Of a stretch of DNA of 64,000 nucleotides, positions 1 through 12,059 are shown in pieces (position 1 is the first letter of the stretch; each line of letters opens with the position of its first letter). Location: NCBI GenBank assembly GCA_047967505.1, contig CM106538.1, one strand, 5' to 3'. The position numbers and the translations under genes were made by a program. Under the pieces are notes generated by a model. That model ran no database searches, was not told the DNA's origin, and saw only the letters and a program-made list of their open reading frames with translations. Source of the stretch: Dipteris shenzhenensis. Its lineage: Eukaryota.

Positions 1-1992
1 ACTCAGGGGACATCCTTGCCTGACAGAGCAAGCAAGAGTCCAGGATGGAGAAATATCTCCTGAAAGTATACAGGCAGCTTCACTATCTTGATATAGCCAA
101 TTGATGAGTTGCTGCATTTTTATGCCAAAACCCAATGCCTGCATAGTCGATGAAATAAAATCCCACTGAACAGTATCAAAGGCTTTGGCAATATCAACTT
201 GCAATAACAAAACATCCTGCTGTGTGTATTTGGCATATTCAATTCCAATGTAGGCATTAGCAATGTTTTCTGTGATATGCCTATGCGGGACAAAGCCATA
301 TTGAGCAGGATGCAACCCATCATGTAAAAAACCCTTTAGCCGATCAACAATCATTTTGGTAGTGACTTTGTAAATTACGGGCATAAGAGTGATAGGTCTC
401 CAGTCTGCCAAAGACTCACAAATTTGTTTTTTGGGAAGGAGTTTAACAAGACCTCTCTTCCATGTGTCCGGCATTTTCTGATTTTGCCACGCAACATTCA
501 CCATATATAGCAATGAATGCTTCAAAATAGGCCAGTATGCGAGAAAAAACTCGACTGCTAAACCATCCCATCCTGGGGATTTCCATCTGCCACATGATTT
601 GATCGCATCTAACAGTTCCCTCTCAATAAAGGGTTCCTCCAATTCCAAAGCTTGAGTAGGGGAAATGATTGGAGAAACATGTTGCAACAGTAAATTTCGT
701 GCAAGCAAAATCTGTTGCGAGGGAGGAGCTGCAGAGCCAAATTGCTGAGAGAAATGATGCACACAAACAGAGGCAAGCTGTGACCGTGAAGTAGTCCATG
801 ATCCATTGGGCATAAGCACTCTGCAAATTTCTGTTTTGATTCTCCTCTGATGTAAACTTTTGAAAAATTCTTTGGAAGAGCAACCTTTATCTGTGAAAGC
901 TCTTTGTCTTGCTCTAGTCTCCCATTTTGCCAGTTTCCTATGATCATTTAGTTTAAGACAATGTCTGGCCTGGCATAGTGTTGTTTGCTCATGCATGGAC
1001 AACGAACGATGATGATTGAGTTCAGTGAGGTCTTGACAAGTAGATTTGGCTTGAGCAATGGTTTCCCTCAGAGTCTTCATGTAAGACTTACCATAAGCTC
1101 TAATCACCACTAGCATTTTAGAAATAAAAGAATCCCAGGCACCATCAACATGAAGATGGCTGCTAGAGGAAAGACAATGAGCTGCTTCAGTAACCATTGC
1201 CTTGAAATCAGCATGTTGCAAATAACTATTGTTTATGATTAGATGTCTCCTTTGTGGCAATCTATCATCTGGCATATGATAAAAAGATAACCGCAGCCAT
1301 AGCGGTGCATGCTCTGAATGCACAAAGGCATAGTCAATCCACATTTTGCATGTGAAATCCCCACTTTGTTGGGGAGTGACACTATACCATCAATCCAGAC
1401 GTGCCTGATAAGCTGAAAGAGCATTATGTTGAAAAGTGTAGCCCGGTGACAAAGGCTGCAATTCCTTCCAAAGGTCAACCAGATCCAAATGCAAAAGTAG
1501 TTGAGACCATGCATGCCTTTCAGGAGATAACATATGGTCATGTCTGGAGGTGTTGTCTCCCTGTTGTGGAGCATTATTGAAATCCCCACATATGTAGGCA
1601 TGATATCTCCACGGATATTGTTGCATGGCATCCCAAATTGCAGTTCTTTCTCTAGAGAACTGAGGTGCATAAACTGAAGCAAATTCAAACACCTCTCCTC
1701 TAATAATGCATTGGAGAACAAGCCATATGCCTTTGTTGTCATTTAATGCAATGACTGGTTGAAGCTCATGTTTGCTCAGAAGGACAACCCCTGAGAAAGA
1801 GTGCTCCCCAGCATAGAAAATATCATATCCACAGTAGTGTCCTGTCTTGCCTGCATAAATATGTTGGTTGTGCTCTTGTAATGCCACTATGTCAGGCTGA
1901 AATCTGTTGATGTACAGCCACACAGATTTCCATTTTCTACTATCACACATGCCCTGAACATTAAGTGTAAAACATTTGATGTAAGCAATCAT
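1..1992 (-). pseudogene. L1 ORF2 (APE endonuclease + reverse transcriptase), disrupted
   Basis: APE motifs: TLNVQG, DIVALQEH, SVYAP, ICGDFN, YTF..RLD*WY (CGA>TGA at 1390), SEHAP. RT motifs read by hand: KSPGWDG, DWRPITLM, QYGFVP, VDIAKAFDTVQW, VRQGCPLS (ends at base 1). Confidence 0.93.
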
Positions 1993-2048
1993 ATATACAG
2001 GTATTTATAGTAATGTAACAACTATGTACAGCAGCAAAATTTATGCGG

Positions 2049-3500
2049 TCAGCCTTGCATTTCTATCTCAGGGTCGAGGCCTCGCCCCTGAGAAGAAGTA
2101 GCCGCCTGAGAAGTAGACAACAAAGCAGCAACCTCTTCTTCAGGGAAGAGTGTTCTGCTGGCTGTTACTGCAGCCCATGTAATCCCAATTCCTGAATTTA
2201 TCTCTGGGGTATTTCCGCTAGAAGATGCACCATTCCAAGTACGGGGGGGTGGAATTCTTCGAGCAGAAATAACTTTTCTTTGGCTTTGCCAGCCATCAGT
2301 TGAAGGTTGCTTTCCTTTGGTCGAGGATTGAATAGCAGGAGGTGAATGTGAGGTGAGATTCCCATTGGGAGCCACCGGAGCTTTGCCTTTATCCTAACTC
2401 CCAGAAGGCTGTCTACCGCCTTTATTTTTGTTGGCAACTGGAGTAGGAGCATCTTTAGTAGACATGTGAACTGGCAAGGTGACATGAGGCATTTTATGTT
2501 GATTCATTGGACACTGTGAAGCCATGTGTCCAAACTTTTTGCATTCAAAACAAGCCCCTGCAAATAAACCCCATTTGAGTTTATAGAAAGCACTTCCCAT
2601 GTTTACATTATTCACCGTGACTGAATAAGAGTCCGGTGTGGGATTATCAGTATCCCAGAGAATACAAAATCTGTTTGAGTTGCCATTTGGCCGTGGTGGG
2701 CAGACCACTTTACCTAAAGATGTTGCAATTTTAGGCAAAAGTGAGGCCATACATTGGGGGAAATCAACAACTTCAACCCAAACTGGGCATCTGTGTCGGA
2801 TTAAAGCCTGAAAGTCCCTTGTGGGAGACCATGGCAAGACATGCACCGTTTGCTGCCCAAAAAAGAGAGGTGAATGTTCCAAAAGCATTTGTCTGTGGAT
2901 CTCATCCACCATGATAACCTCAAAAAAGCCCCTGGCTGCATAGTGCACTTTACGAACAAAAGAGCCAGCCAATGTGCGTGTCAGCCAGTTGCCTATCTCT
3001 GCAGCAGGTGGCATCCGGCCTGGAAAGAATAATATGACTGCATTCTTGGCATATTCTCTGACTGGATCCACAATTTCATCGACCTCAACCATGAGGCCAA
3101 CTGAAGGAACCGAGTCTTTCCACTCTTTTCTCGTATCTGCAAATCCTTCATGTATTACATCATATACCAGTTGAGCCTCAAGAGTATCATGCATCGGGTC
3201 ATGCTGACCCTCAACCTGCTTTTGCTTCTTGCAGGGAGCCGAGCGCTCCTTTTGAAACGTTTTTTCATGTGAATACTTGCCATGACGTTGTAAAAAAGGG
3301 AGCTTGAGAATGAAATACCTGTAAAAGGGTAGTGAAAGCCAAAAAAACCAGTCCCAAAGAAAGTAAAAGAGAGGATAAGGAGAGTATAACTGGTAAGGAG
3401 AGAGCAGAGGGATAAGTGAGATTTTGGCAGAAGACACAGGACTGCTAGGGAAGACACCGGAGCAGAAAAACCCCAAAAACCGTACAGCAAGAGGTACCAA
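2049..3500 (-). pseudogene. L1 ORF1 (DUF4283-like domain + CCHC zinc knuckle)
   Basis: GFFEV..HVLPWSP..PVWVEV..IATSLGKV and CFECKKFGHMASQC. ORFs 2394-3500 and 2049-2375 share a frame across one TAG. True start uncertain. Confidence 0.85.
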
Positions 3501-3885
3501 AACTGTACGGACGATGATGAGCTGTGCTGTATAGATACGGGCTGCACGGGGGGGAGTCTAACTGTACGGGAAGATCGAGCTGGTACGGAATCGTACAAAC
3601 GTACGGACGTCGTATGACGACCGTACAAATGTACGGACAAAAAACTGCACAGGGTTCCTAGCGAAAACAGGGATGCTGACAGAAGGCAGGCGAGCTGAAA
3701 CGGTACGGAGATGACAAAAGTGTACGGAGGCACAAAAAAAGGCTTCGGAAGAGAGAACGATGTCGACGCACACACGAAGAGTTTGAAACAGGATTACACA
3801 AGTTGCGCAGGGGTGAGCAGACTGAGCGTACGGTCTGTCCGTACTGACGTACGGTACCTGTACGGGCAGAAGGAGCTGTACGGAG
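3480..3885. promoter_or_regulatory. GTAC/CCGTAC motif cluster in the L1 5' UTR (SBP/SPL-type binding cores)
   Basis: 17 GTAC counted in about 405 bp, 14 of them as GTACGG/CCGTAC. Includes TCGTACAA (3591) and CCGTACAA (3621). Confidence 0.55.
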
Positions 3886-3916
3886 CTCTGTCTCTTAACC
3901 TGATCTCCTCTCCAAG

Positions 3917-4605
3917 CTCTCTCTCACACACACACGAAATAATACACACACACACACACACACACAAACACACACATATATATATATGTATTTATATGTA
4001 TGTATACATATACATATATGTATTTACAGATATATATATATATGTATATATATGAATTTACATATGTAAATACATACATATATATATATAATATATGTAT
4101 TTACATATATATTTATTTATTTATTTATTTATTTATAATATGTATTTACATATGTAGATACATATATATATATATATATAATATGTATTTACATATGTAA
4201 ATACATATATATATATATATGTATGTATGTATGTACATATATATATATATATGTATTTATATTTATATTTATATATATATATATATATATTTATATACAT
4301 ACATACATACATACATATTTATTTATTTGTTTATTTATTTATTTATTTACATATATGTATGTATATATTTATATACATATATGTATGTATATATATGTTT
4401 GTATATATATATGTATGTATGTATACACACACACACACACATATATATATATGTATGTATTTACATACATACATACATACATATTTATATTTATATTATA
4501 CTTATGTTTGTATACATATATGTATGTACACACACACATATATGTGTGTGTGTGTGTGTATATACATACATACATACATATATGTATACAAACATATATA
4601 TATGT
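3917..4605. repeat. Compound microsatellite (CA/TA/TATG/TATT)
   Basis: Directly visible; the ORFs over it are artefacts. Confidence 0.97.
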
Positions 4606-5694
4606 AAGACTTTGTATAAATGGGTGCTCAAGTATGTGTGGGTGTGTGGATTTGTATGTGTGAGAGCATACTTTTATACTATGGTCTACACCCACTGTTA
4701 GGCGCTGATGACGTCAGTGGGGATGTCATAGTAGCTAGTCCCTGCTATGCGTGATGGAGTTTATGGTTTTCAATCTTATGAGTGACTCTTGTGAGATTGA
4801 AACTGCACTATGTTGTGTTTTTAGAGGATGAGTTTGGGAATGTTCCTGGATTCATCTAGGTATATGCTTCTGCCGTATTAGCGGACATGCAAATTTCACC
4901 TTGCGAAGTTTTCGTGCAAGTTGCGGCCTGCTGGTATTGCGATATTTCTTTCTATCTTAAATGGTGCGTTGCCCTATCAGCTAGTTTAGATTTAGATGCT
5001 CGTTTAGGAGAGACTAAAATGAAATCGTTTAGACTTCACAAGCAGTTGAAGCTTGAATGAAGAGATTTGTACTACTTTTTGATTAGCCTTCTCCTTTAGT
5101 GCTAGCCTTCATCATGGCTGAGTTTGTCCTTCACATCCGGAGTGCCGATAGAAACTCAGTATGAAGACTTTGTATAAATGGGTGCTCAAGTATGTGTGGG
5201 TGTGTGGATTTGTATGTGTGAGAACATACTTTTATACTATGGTCTACACCCACTGTTGGGCGCTGATGACGTCAGTGGGGATGTCATAGTAGCTAGTCCC
5301 TACTATGCATGATGGAGTTTATGGTTTTCAATCTTATGAGTGACTCTTGTGAGATTGAAACTGCACTATGTTGTGTTTTTAGAGGATGAGTTTGGGAATG
5401 TTCCTGGATTCATCTAGGTATAAATGGGTGCTCAAGTACGAAGACTTTGTATAAATGGGTGCTCAAGTATGTGTGGGTGTGTGGATTTGTATGTGTGAGA
5501 ACATACTTTTATACTATGGTCTACACCTACTGTTGGGCGCTGATGACGTCAGTGGGGATGTCATAGTAGCTAGTCCCTACTATGCATGATGGAGTTTATG
5601 GTTTTCAATCTTATGAGTGACTCTTGTGAGATTGAAACTGCACTATGTTGTGTTTTTAGAGGATGAGTTTGGGAATGTTCCTGGATTCATCTAG

Positions 5695-5695
<1 letters not shown>
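4606..5695. repeat. Partial tandem array R-U-R-R of a hairpin-rich dispersed element (R about 256 bp: 4606-4861, 5164-5419, 5441-5695; U 4862-5163)
   Basis: Near-identical R copies AAGACTTTGTATAAATGGG...TTCATCTAGGT. The same family recurs at 61449-63405 and a distant relative at about 56210-56340. Confidence 0.9.
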
Positions 5696-5741
<46 letters not shown>

Positions 5742-5875
5742 TACATACATACATGCATGTATGTATGTATGTACACACACACATATACATATGTATGTGT
5801 GTGTGTTTGTGTGGGTGTGGGTGTATTCTCACCAAAAAAAAAAAAAAAAAGGATGTGTGTGTGGGTGTGTGTGTG
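5696..5875. repeat. Compound microsatellite (TA/TACA/GT) with poly-A run
   Basis: Directly visible. Confidence 0.95.
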
Positions 5876-6159
5876 TTCACTTTAAACTTCACATGCTTTG
5901 AGACCAAACCAACAAGATTGTTTGTAATGCAAGTCACATGTGATCATATGAGTGCAATATGCAAGTGCATGGACTGACCAACATTCTGAAGCTTACACAA
6001 AAACCAGCATGCAAAGGGGAGACACATCCATTGCAGTACGAAGCTAATAACATAGGAAATCACTACTATCTAATGTTTAGTCACGGGGCCATGCTCCACA
6101 AACAGGAGCAAGCCAAACAAACAAGCAAAACACGCGTGGGCATAGAGGACTATAGATAC

Positions 6160-6258
6160 CTGTTCACGGCAAAGGGCTTCCAAGTCCTCCAAACGCTTAG
6201 TTGAAGCCAACTCTCTGGCTTTCCGGATGTCCTCCTTGTTCTTGTAAAACTCATAATT
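6160..6258 (-). CDS. PPI1: PPI1-like coding exon 5
   Basis: NYEFYKNKEDIRKARELASTKRLEDLEALCREQ; TGCAG acceptor, CAG|GTATCT donor. Confidence 0.85.
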
Positions 6259-9200
6259 CTGCATCATCAACCAGACAGGAGTGAACTCGAATACACAAGC
6301 AACCAAGGGTCAAGACTAGCATAATTGGAACAAATACTGCTGAAGAAAGAAAATTTCTCCTTATGCCTGTGATAATTTCTCAGAATGGTGATAATTTCTC
6401 AGAATGTATGCATTAGCATTTCAAGACAGAAAATCCATTGTAAATGTGTCAGCTTCCCTATACTTGCATAAGCGTGGTTCAACAGAGGATACAGATTTAA
6501 ATCCACCAAGCACAGTACAGATGCACAAGCAGACACGTGTTTCCGTGCACACAAGCACATTAGATATGTATGTATTGGCAAAGTAACTTCAACTTTGGAG
6601 TGCATTTTAAATTGAAGCAAACAAAATAAGAAATAAACAAAATGAGAACTACTAGGTAAATGCCAGGTAAGAAAGACTGGTTTTCATCATCTCAAAATGC
6701 AGAAAGTCACCGGGTGCACCTGGATCTAATTGTGTGTCTTAAGGGAATGTCATCAATGACAATGGCTCCCTCTCATCTTCCTCTCCCTTCCACCCCCTCT
6801 TGGCCATTGCCTCCTTTCCTAGATGCTTCTCAACTTCCGTAACATCAGAAAATTGATGAGCAACCAATAACAGAGTAGTTTTTTAAGGGGAATGAAGTGA
6901 CCTCCTAAGGAACTTTCATGGCAGGGGAGGTCACATTTAAGAAAAATCAGAACTGGTCGTGAACCATGAGCATCCCAACCCAGCATGGAGGACGAGGCGG
7001 CTCCACGCCAAGTAGAGCCCCACAGAAGAACCTCCACTTCTGCAGCAGCACCATCGGAGGTACAGGTGACTGTCCGGAATAAGGAGTCACCTCCTGATCT
7101 GAGAGCCCCCATTTGAAGGACATGGGAGAGGTTGCACTGTAGCAACCATGGAAATCTCAGGGTGGCCATGTGGGAAAAAGAACAGGCCACGGAGGCTGGA
7201 CTGAGAGATAATAAAGATAGGCACTGGTACTCTGGTGGCTGCCATGTGAGCAGCAAGATAGGCTGCCACATGAGCAGCATCTAAAGGGCTGTTGCCAGGC
7301 CCAAGGAGGTGGGCGAAGGGCCTGCAAAGAAGGCAGTAAACACGGGCTCCCATGGTCATTTCTAGACCCTAAAGTAACGAACCAAGCAGCCCTTGTCTTA
7401 AAAGGGGGCAGCTGGATGAACTTGATGGATTTACATATATAGCTCGAGGTTGCTGCCATGTTCATGATCAAGGAGAGTGGTACCATGGACGGTTGGTGCT
7501 ACTCAGATGGTAGCTGTGTTCCAAGACGGTTTACCTGTGCAGAGCTCGGCTTGGAGGAACGCGACCTGCAGGTTCAAGGACCGAAGATCAAGGATGTCTT
7601 CCACTTGTTCCCGAGAGCTTCTCCATGGCTCGGTGAGAGGGGTGTTGGGAATTAGGAGTCATCTCCCCACCTGTGAGCCCCTGTGTGAGGACATGGAGTT
7701 GACCTGTAGCAAGCATAGGGATCTCAGGGGGCCCACATGGGCTGAGAAAGAACAGACCACGGGGGCTAGGCTCAGAGAAAAGAAAAATAGGCATGGGCTA
7801 CAATGGTGGCTGCCATGTGGGCAGCATCTAGAGGCCTACAAAGGGTTATTGCCAGGCCCAAAGTGGTGGGCAGAAGGGCCTCTACAAGGCAGCAATGAGG
7901 GCTTCCATGGATCAATTGAGGTTGAGGCTGCTGGTCGGCTGTACGCACAGGCAGGTCGAGCTCACTTACAGCAGTTGGCAGTAGACTGCAGCACACAGGT
8001 CGGCTGCATACCTGTATGGTTGGTCAGTACGGGTTGGGCCAGAAGCAGGATTGGCCTGGCAAGGCATGAATCTGGCCAGCCATCAGCAGGTGTGGGGATC
8101 CTTTTACCTGTTGAGTTTCCTGCCCTTAGCAGGAGTGTTTTGGCCCAGGGGAAGCTGGTCTCCTCTACTAGGTCGGGTAAGCCTTTCCATCCAGCATCCT
8201 CCTGTCAATGAGGATAGTCAGCTGGAACATACAGGGCCTAGGCGGAGTTCCACACTGTCGCCGTAGGCAGCTGATTTGGAATCAGCTTCACCCAGGTGTC
8301 ACTGGAGGTGCTATTGATATCCTTTTTATCCAAGAACACAAGTTGGATGCCAGTGATTGCTCTAAAAGAGAAGCAGGGAGGTCTAGGGATCCATTCAGTT
8401 GTGCTTCAATTTGCAGAACTCCACAAGGGAGAAGTGCAGTAAGGAGAGCACTTGGAGCAGCACTTTGCGGCCTACTGAAGCTCCGTAGACTGACATATGT
8501 TATGTGGGTGTTCTATGGACGTGGGCACGGCAGTGCTTACAGCCCACATCTAGGCAACATCCAAGCTGCTGGAAGGTGGTAGTTGAGCATACCATTTCGA
8601 ATCAGGACTTGCCTATTTTTGGAGCTTTCTACACTACATGTTTTCGCAGTTCTACTCCATGTGCATGTTCTAAGTCTGTGTCTGTGATTTACCTCAGTAA
8701 CAATTGTGTGCACAAGGTGGAGTAAGGTTTGTTTATGATGCATTGTGTGGACCCTGGGACATCTTCTGCTGCAGGACTACAGCAAGCGACTCTCTATCGA
8801 TGACATGGTGTTGAAGATACATGCATAGTCTTTCTAAGATTGACTCCATCTGCCAGCCATGATGCAGATGCAGGCACAACAGTGGTCAAAGTAGACATGC
8901 AGGGAAGTCCAATTGAGACGCCCATTCTGCTACAACAATTTTGAGACATGTTCTCAGGTCTGCACAATAGGCTGGCATGTGAGAGAGAGTTGGATCAATA
9001 TGTTCATTAGGAAGACGAGGGTCAAAAAAGATTCAATGGCAGATCCGGGAGCTTATACACATAGCCAATGTTGCTACCTGTGTTACTCGTGGAGGCAGAG
9101 GATGGTTTAAGCCTGTTATTCCTACCGTCAATGCTCCCTTAGATGATCATAAAGAGGCCAAGGGCCTCACTGAGGTATACGTAAGGTCTGGTATTTGACA

Positions 9201-11031
9201 CATCAGCATTAAAGAAAGAGATGAATCAAGACAGCTTCATAACTGAAAGGGGTCTATTGGAATTTTGGATCCTGCACTTTTTACTACTTCTGAATATTCA
9301 TAAATTAGATTTTTCAACCTCATCTTTTCAGGTCCTCCCACTTTTTGTACTCTGATATCGGAAGGGTAGAGTCAAAAATAAAATTAGACACCTGTTCGCC
9401 CTGCAACTTCTTCAGGTCTTTACATGCAACAAAAGCTTCATGCTGAATGTGCTTGGCATGTTCCAACTGCTTGACAAGATCATCCATCGTCACGTTCATA
9501 TCCTGACAACCCCTTTCCACGGGCTCACACTCAGCTCGTGCCTGAGCTTGCTGATGTCTCAAAATATTCAATTCTTGATATAGTATCTGAAAGGCACAAA
9601 CAATCTCGTGTTAACAAAATTCTCAAAGCTCGTACATTTGACAAGACCTTTCAGGCTACTCACCGAACATTGCCCCTGAATGTCCTCTTTAGAACCGAGG
9701 GTCTCGATTAACTCTGTCTGTGCAGCTACATTTGCGATAATTTGGCTGCGGGTAGATTCAAAATGCTTGATCTCCCTTATCAACTGTTTTTCCTCTTTTA
9801 AAGGAATGCTCTCATGCTGAATTCGGTGCTGCAAGTAGGCAATCTGTAGCATGCAAAATCAATCCTAATGAATATATGTTTCCCAATAACATTACGGGGA
9901 GATTTGGATCGGAACCAGAGACCAAATAGATCTTGCCAGCGGTCATGGTATTGCTTTTCTATTCCAATTATAAATAGAAAAGAGATTAGATAGATTGCTT
10001 GCCCTGTCGTTCAATTCTTCTTCCGAGGAACAAACATCTCCTCTCGTTGTGTTGTGTGCGACCTTAAACTTGTTCAGAGCTGCCTGAAGAGGATCTAACT
10101 CCATCAGCTTCTTCTGGGTTGCCTCTTTGCAAGCCCTCTCTTTATCTCGCACGATCTTCAACTTGTCAACAAGTTCCGTCTTACTAACCTTCGCAATCCC
10201 ACAAAACCTCGACGTCACCTTTTAAGCATAAAGATTCAAAAACATACATGACATACTAATATAAATTGGCATGTCTGCGGAGCGCTTGCCGAAGTCGATC
10301 AAAATGCAGAAACTCACCCTTTTCAACTGTAAGGCAGCTCGTATGAAGTCCCTGTTCTTGCACGCCTCCTCTAGCTGCAGCTCAGCCAATCTAATCTTGT
10401 TCCTTAACTTGCTATCCACGGTTCTTGGCATTTTGACTATGAAAAATGTATGTCGTCTGGATATGGGTACAACTCTATGGACAGGTAATTCTGCGGTACC
10501 AAGTGCCATATGATTGTCGGCAGCAGCACCAAGTGCCACATGATTGTCGGCAGCTAACCAGCCGGAGGCACTCCCTTCGGCAGAAGAATCCACACCGTTT
10601 GTCCATCCATCGTCAGACCTTTCTATCCTGGTGATATGTCCGGAATCGTCCGCTTCCACACCGTTGACGCCAGCTCCGTCGCTTACTACGACGCCTTCAT
10701 CCGAAATCACAGGAACGGCCGTCTCCCCTTGCAATGTATCTACAAAAGAAGCGCTGGCCGAACCAGGCTCGAGCAGTGGAGCGTCATTCTCGCTAATGCC
10801 GTCCAAAATCTGACCTGCAGGCGCATCCAGGGAGGGTGATCCAATGTCGGCCGGAGCTTCCGCGTTGTCATCGACGGCGAGATGGAGCAAGGGGTGATGG
10901 ATCGAGTCATCGAGGGTGTGCTCGAAAGGAGGGGAATCATGGAGAGGGATGGATCCGTTAGAGGAGGGAGGGGGATCGAGGGGGGGGGGAAAAGGGGGCA
11001 AAGGGGGAGCAATGTCGGCGGGGAGCTCCAT
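6160..11031 (-). CDS. PPI1: Proton pump-interactor 1-like gene, 5' part (exons 11031-10318, 10188-10003, 9843-9664, 9586-9392, 6258-6160); 3' exons presumably beyond the left edge
   Basis: The spliced product contains FFIVKMPR..DSKLRNKI, CSSEEELNDRIAYLQHRIQHESIPLKEEKQLIREIK and FYKNKEDIRKARELA, matching plant PPI/BIP103 coiled-coil proteins. All junctions are phase 0 and in frame. Confidence 0.9.
6950..9110 (+). mobile_element. Internally deleted L1-like LINE relic in PPI intron 4 (antisense to the gene)
   Basis: ORF2 start MRIVSWNIQGLGG...IDILFIQEHKL at 8208, then loss of frame and homology. The upstream part has a diverged duplication of about 250 bp (about 7103-7355 vs 7675-7910) and matches 58160-58340 and 60230-60400 in reverse. 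Confidence 0.7.
9392..9586 (-). CDS. PPI1: PPI1-like coding exon 4
   Basis: ILYQELNILR...KKLQGEQ; TTTCAG acceptor, CAG|GT donor. Confidence 0.85.
9664..9843 (-). CDS. PPI1: PPI1-like coding exon 3
   Basis: IAYLQHRIQHESIPLKEEKQ...QGQCS; CAG acceptor, GTGAGT donor. Confidence 0.9.
10003..10188 (-). CDS. PPI1: PPI1-like coding exon 2
   Basis: VSKTELVDKLK...CSSEEELNDR; AAG acceptor; GC donor AGG|GCAAGC. Confidence 0.85.
10318..11031 (-). CDS. PPI1: PPI1-like coding exon 1 (Pro-rich/acidic N-terminus)
   Basis: ATG GAG CTC at 11031; donor AGG|GTGAGT; 238 codons. Confidence 0.85.
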
Positions 11032-11114
11032 GGGGGGGACTAAGAAGGGGGCATGGGGCAAGATCTAGGGAAGGGGGAGGGAGGATTGGCTATGGCGGCG
11101 AGCAAAGCTTCAAG

Positions 11115-11228
11115 CTACACAGCAAACATACAGCAGATCCCAAAAACACAATATATAAAGTTTGAAAAGCAAAGCTTTTTGATGATTATATGAAGAAGAC
11201 GACGACGCCGACCTTGTGTGAATCTTAC
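11115..11228 (-). other. Probable 5' UTR intron of the PPI1-like gene
   Basis: AAG|GTAAGA donor at 11228, T-rich body, TGTGTAG acceptor at 11115 upstream of the ATG. Confidence 0.7.
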
Positions 11229-11514
11229 CTTTCCTCTTTGTATTTGGAAACCCCCCCCGCCTCCTGGGTCAAGTTCAACCCTCTTTCCCTCCCTCTGTCT
11301 CCTAGCTTGCACTACCCTCCTTTTTTATTGCACTGCCTTCTTCTCTCTCTTCTCTTTCAGTGTCCACCCACAGAGCATGCTCGTGTGCCATGGCACCCCC
11401 AGGGCGCTACATTAGCCTCCACATCTCGCCCAACACAGTCCTTGCTCCTCGACAACCACAGATGATGTCAGTTGTTGTGAGGGGTAGCTCTTTGGCCCTT
11501 GCCATTCTTCATCC

Positions 11515-11741
11515 CCTAGTCGACAATGATGGCCACCTTTGGGCTTCAGTGGACACCACAATAGAAGTGCTCGCACGTCTCTCTCTCTCTCTCTCTCTCC
11601 TAGTCGACAATGATGGCCACCTTTGGGCTTCAGTGGGCACCACAATAGAAGTGCTCGCACGTCTCTCTCTCTCTCTCTCTCTCTCTCCTAGTGATGGCCA
11701 CCTTTGGGCTTCAGTGGGCACCACAATAGAAGTGCTCACAC

Positions 11742-11790
<49 letters not shown>
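11515..11790. repeat. Three tandem units of about 80 bp, each ending in (CT)n, in the PPI promoter region
   Basis: CCTAGT(CGACAAT)GATGGCCACCTTTGGGCTTCAGTGGGCACCACAATAGAAGTGCTCGCACGT(CT)n x3. Confidence 0.95.
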
Positions 11791-11794
<4 letters not shown>

Positions 11795-12000
11795 TAGAGA
11801 CATATTTCCAACATAATTATTTTACAAATGGCCACATGGCACCATGTGATGTCAGAGCTTTCCCAAGTTAAGAACTCCAAACCATTGTGGTAGCTCGGAG
11901 TACACTCATCCAATATATAGCCATGTCATTCTCCACCGAATGGGCTGACCTTAAGGAAGAGGATTGCCACAATATTACCCCTCTGACATGATTTGTGACC

Positions 12001-12003
<3 letters not shown>

Positions 12004-12057
<54 letters not shown>
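12004..12057. repeat. (CT)n microsatellite
   Basis: Directly visible. Confidence 0.97.

Positions 12058-12059
<2 letters not shown>

Larger units (their letters stand above)
1..3900 (-). mobile_element. L1-clade LINE retrotransposon (5' UTR, ORF1, ORF2 endonuclease and start of RT), runs off the left edge; lies in a PPI intron in sense orientation
   Basis: ORF1 has a zinc knuckle. ORF2 has APE motifs followed by RT motifs. The 5' end abuts a microsatellite near 3915. Confidence 0.93.

Noticed and set aside
3711-4701. Long Y/I/H/T-rich ORFs in several frames (also 5656-5977)
   Set aside because: Translations of microsatellite.
4704-4730. CTGATGA in the R unit as a hammerhead core
   Set aside because: The stem is followed by TCAT, not GAAA.
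10497-10556. 30-bp in-frame duplication in PPI exon 1 (AADNHV/MALG)
   Set aside because: Real but minor, in a disordered region; similar short duplications at about 6369-6407 and 63453-63502 are also unremarkable.
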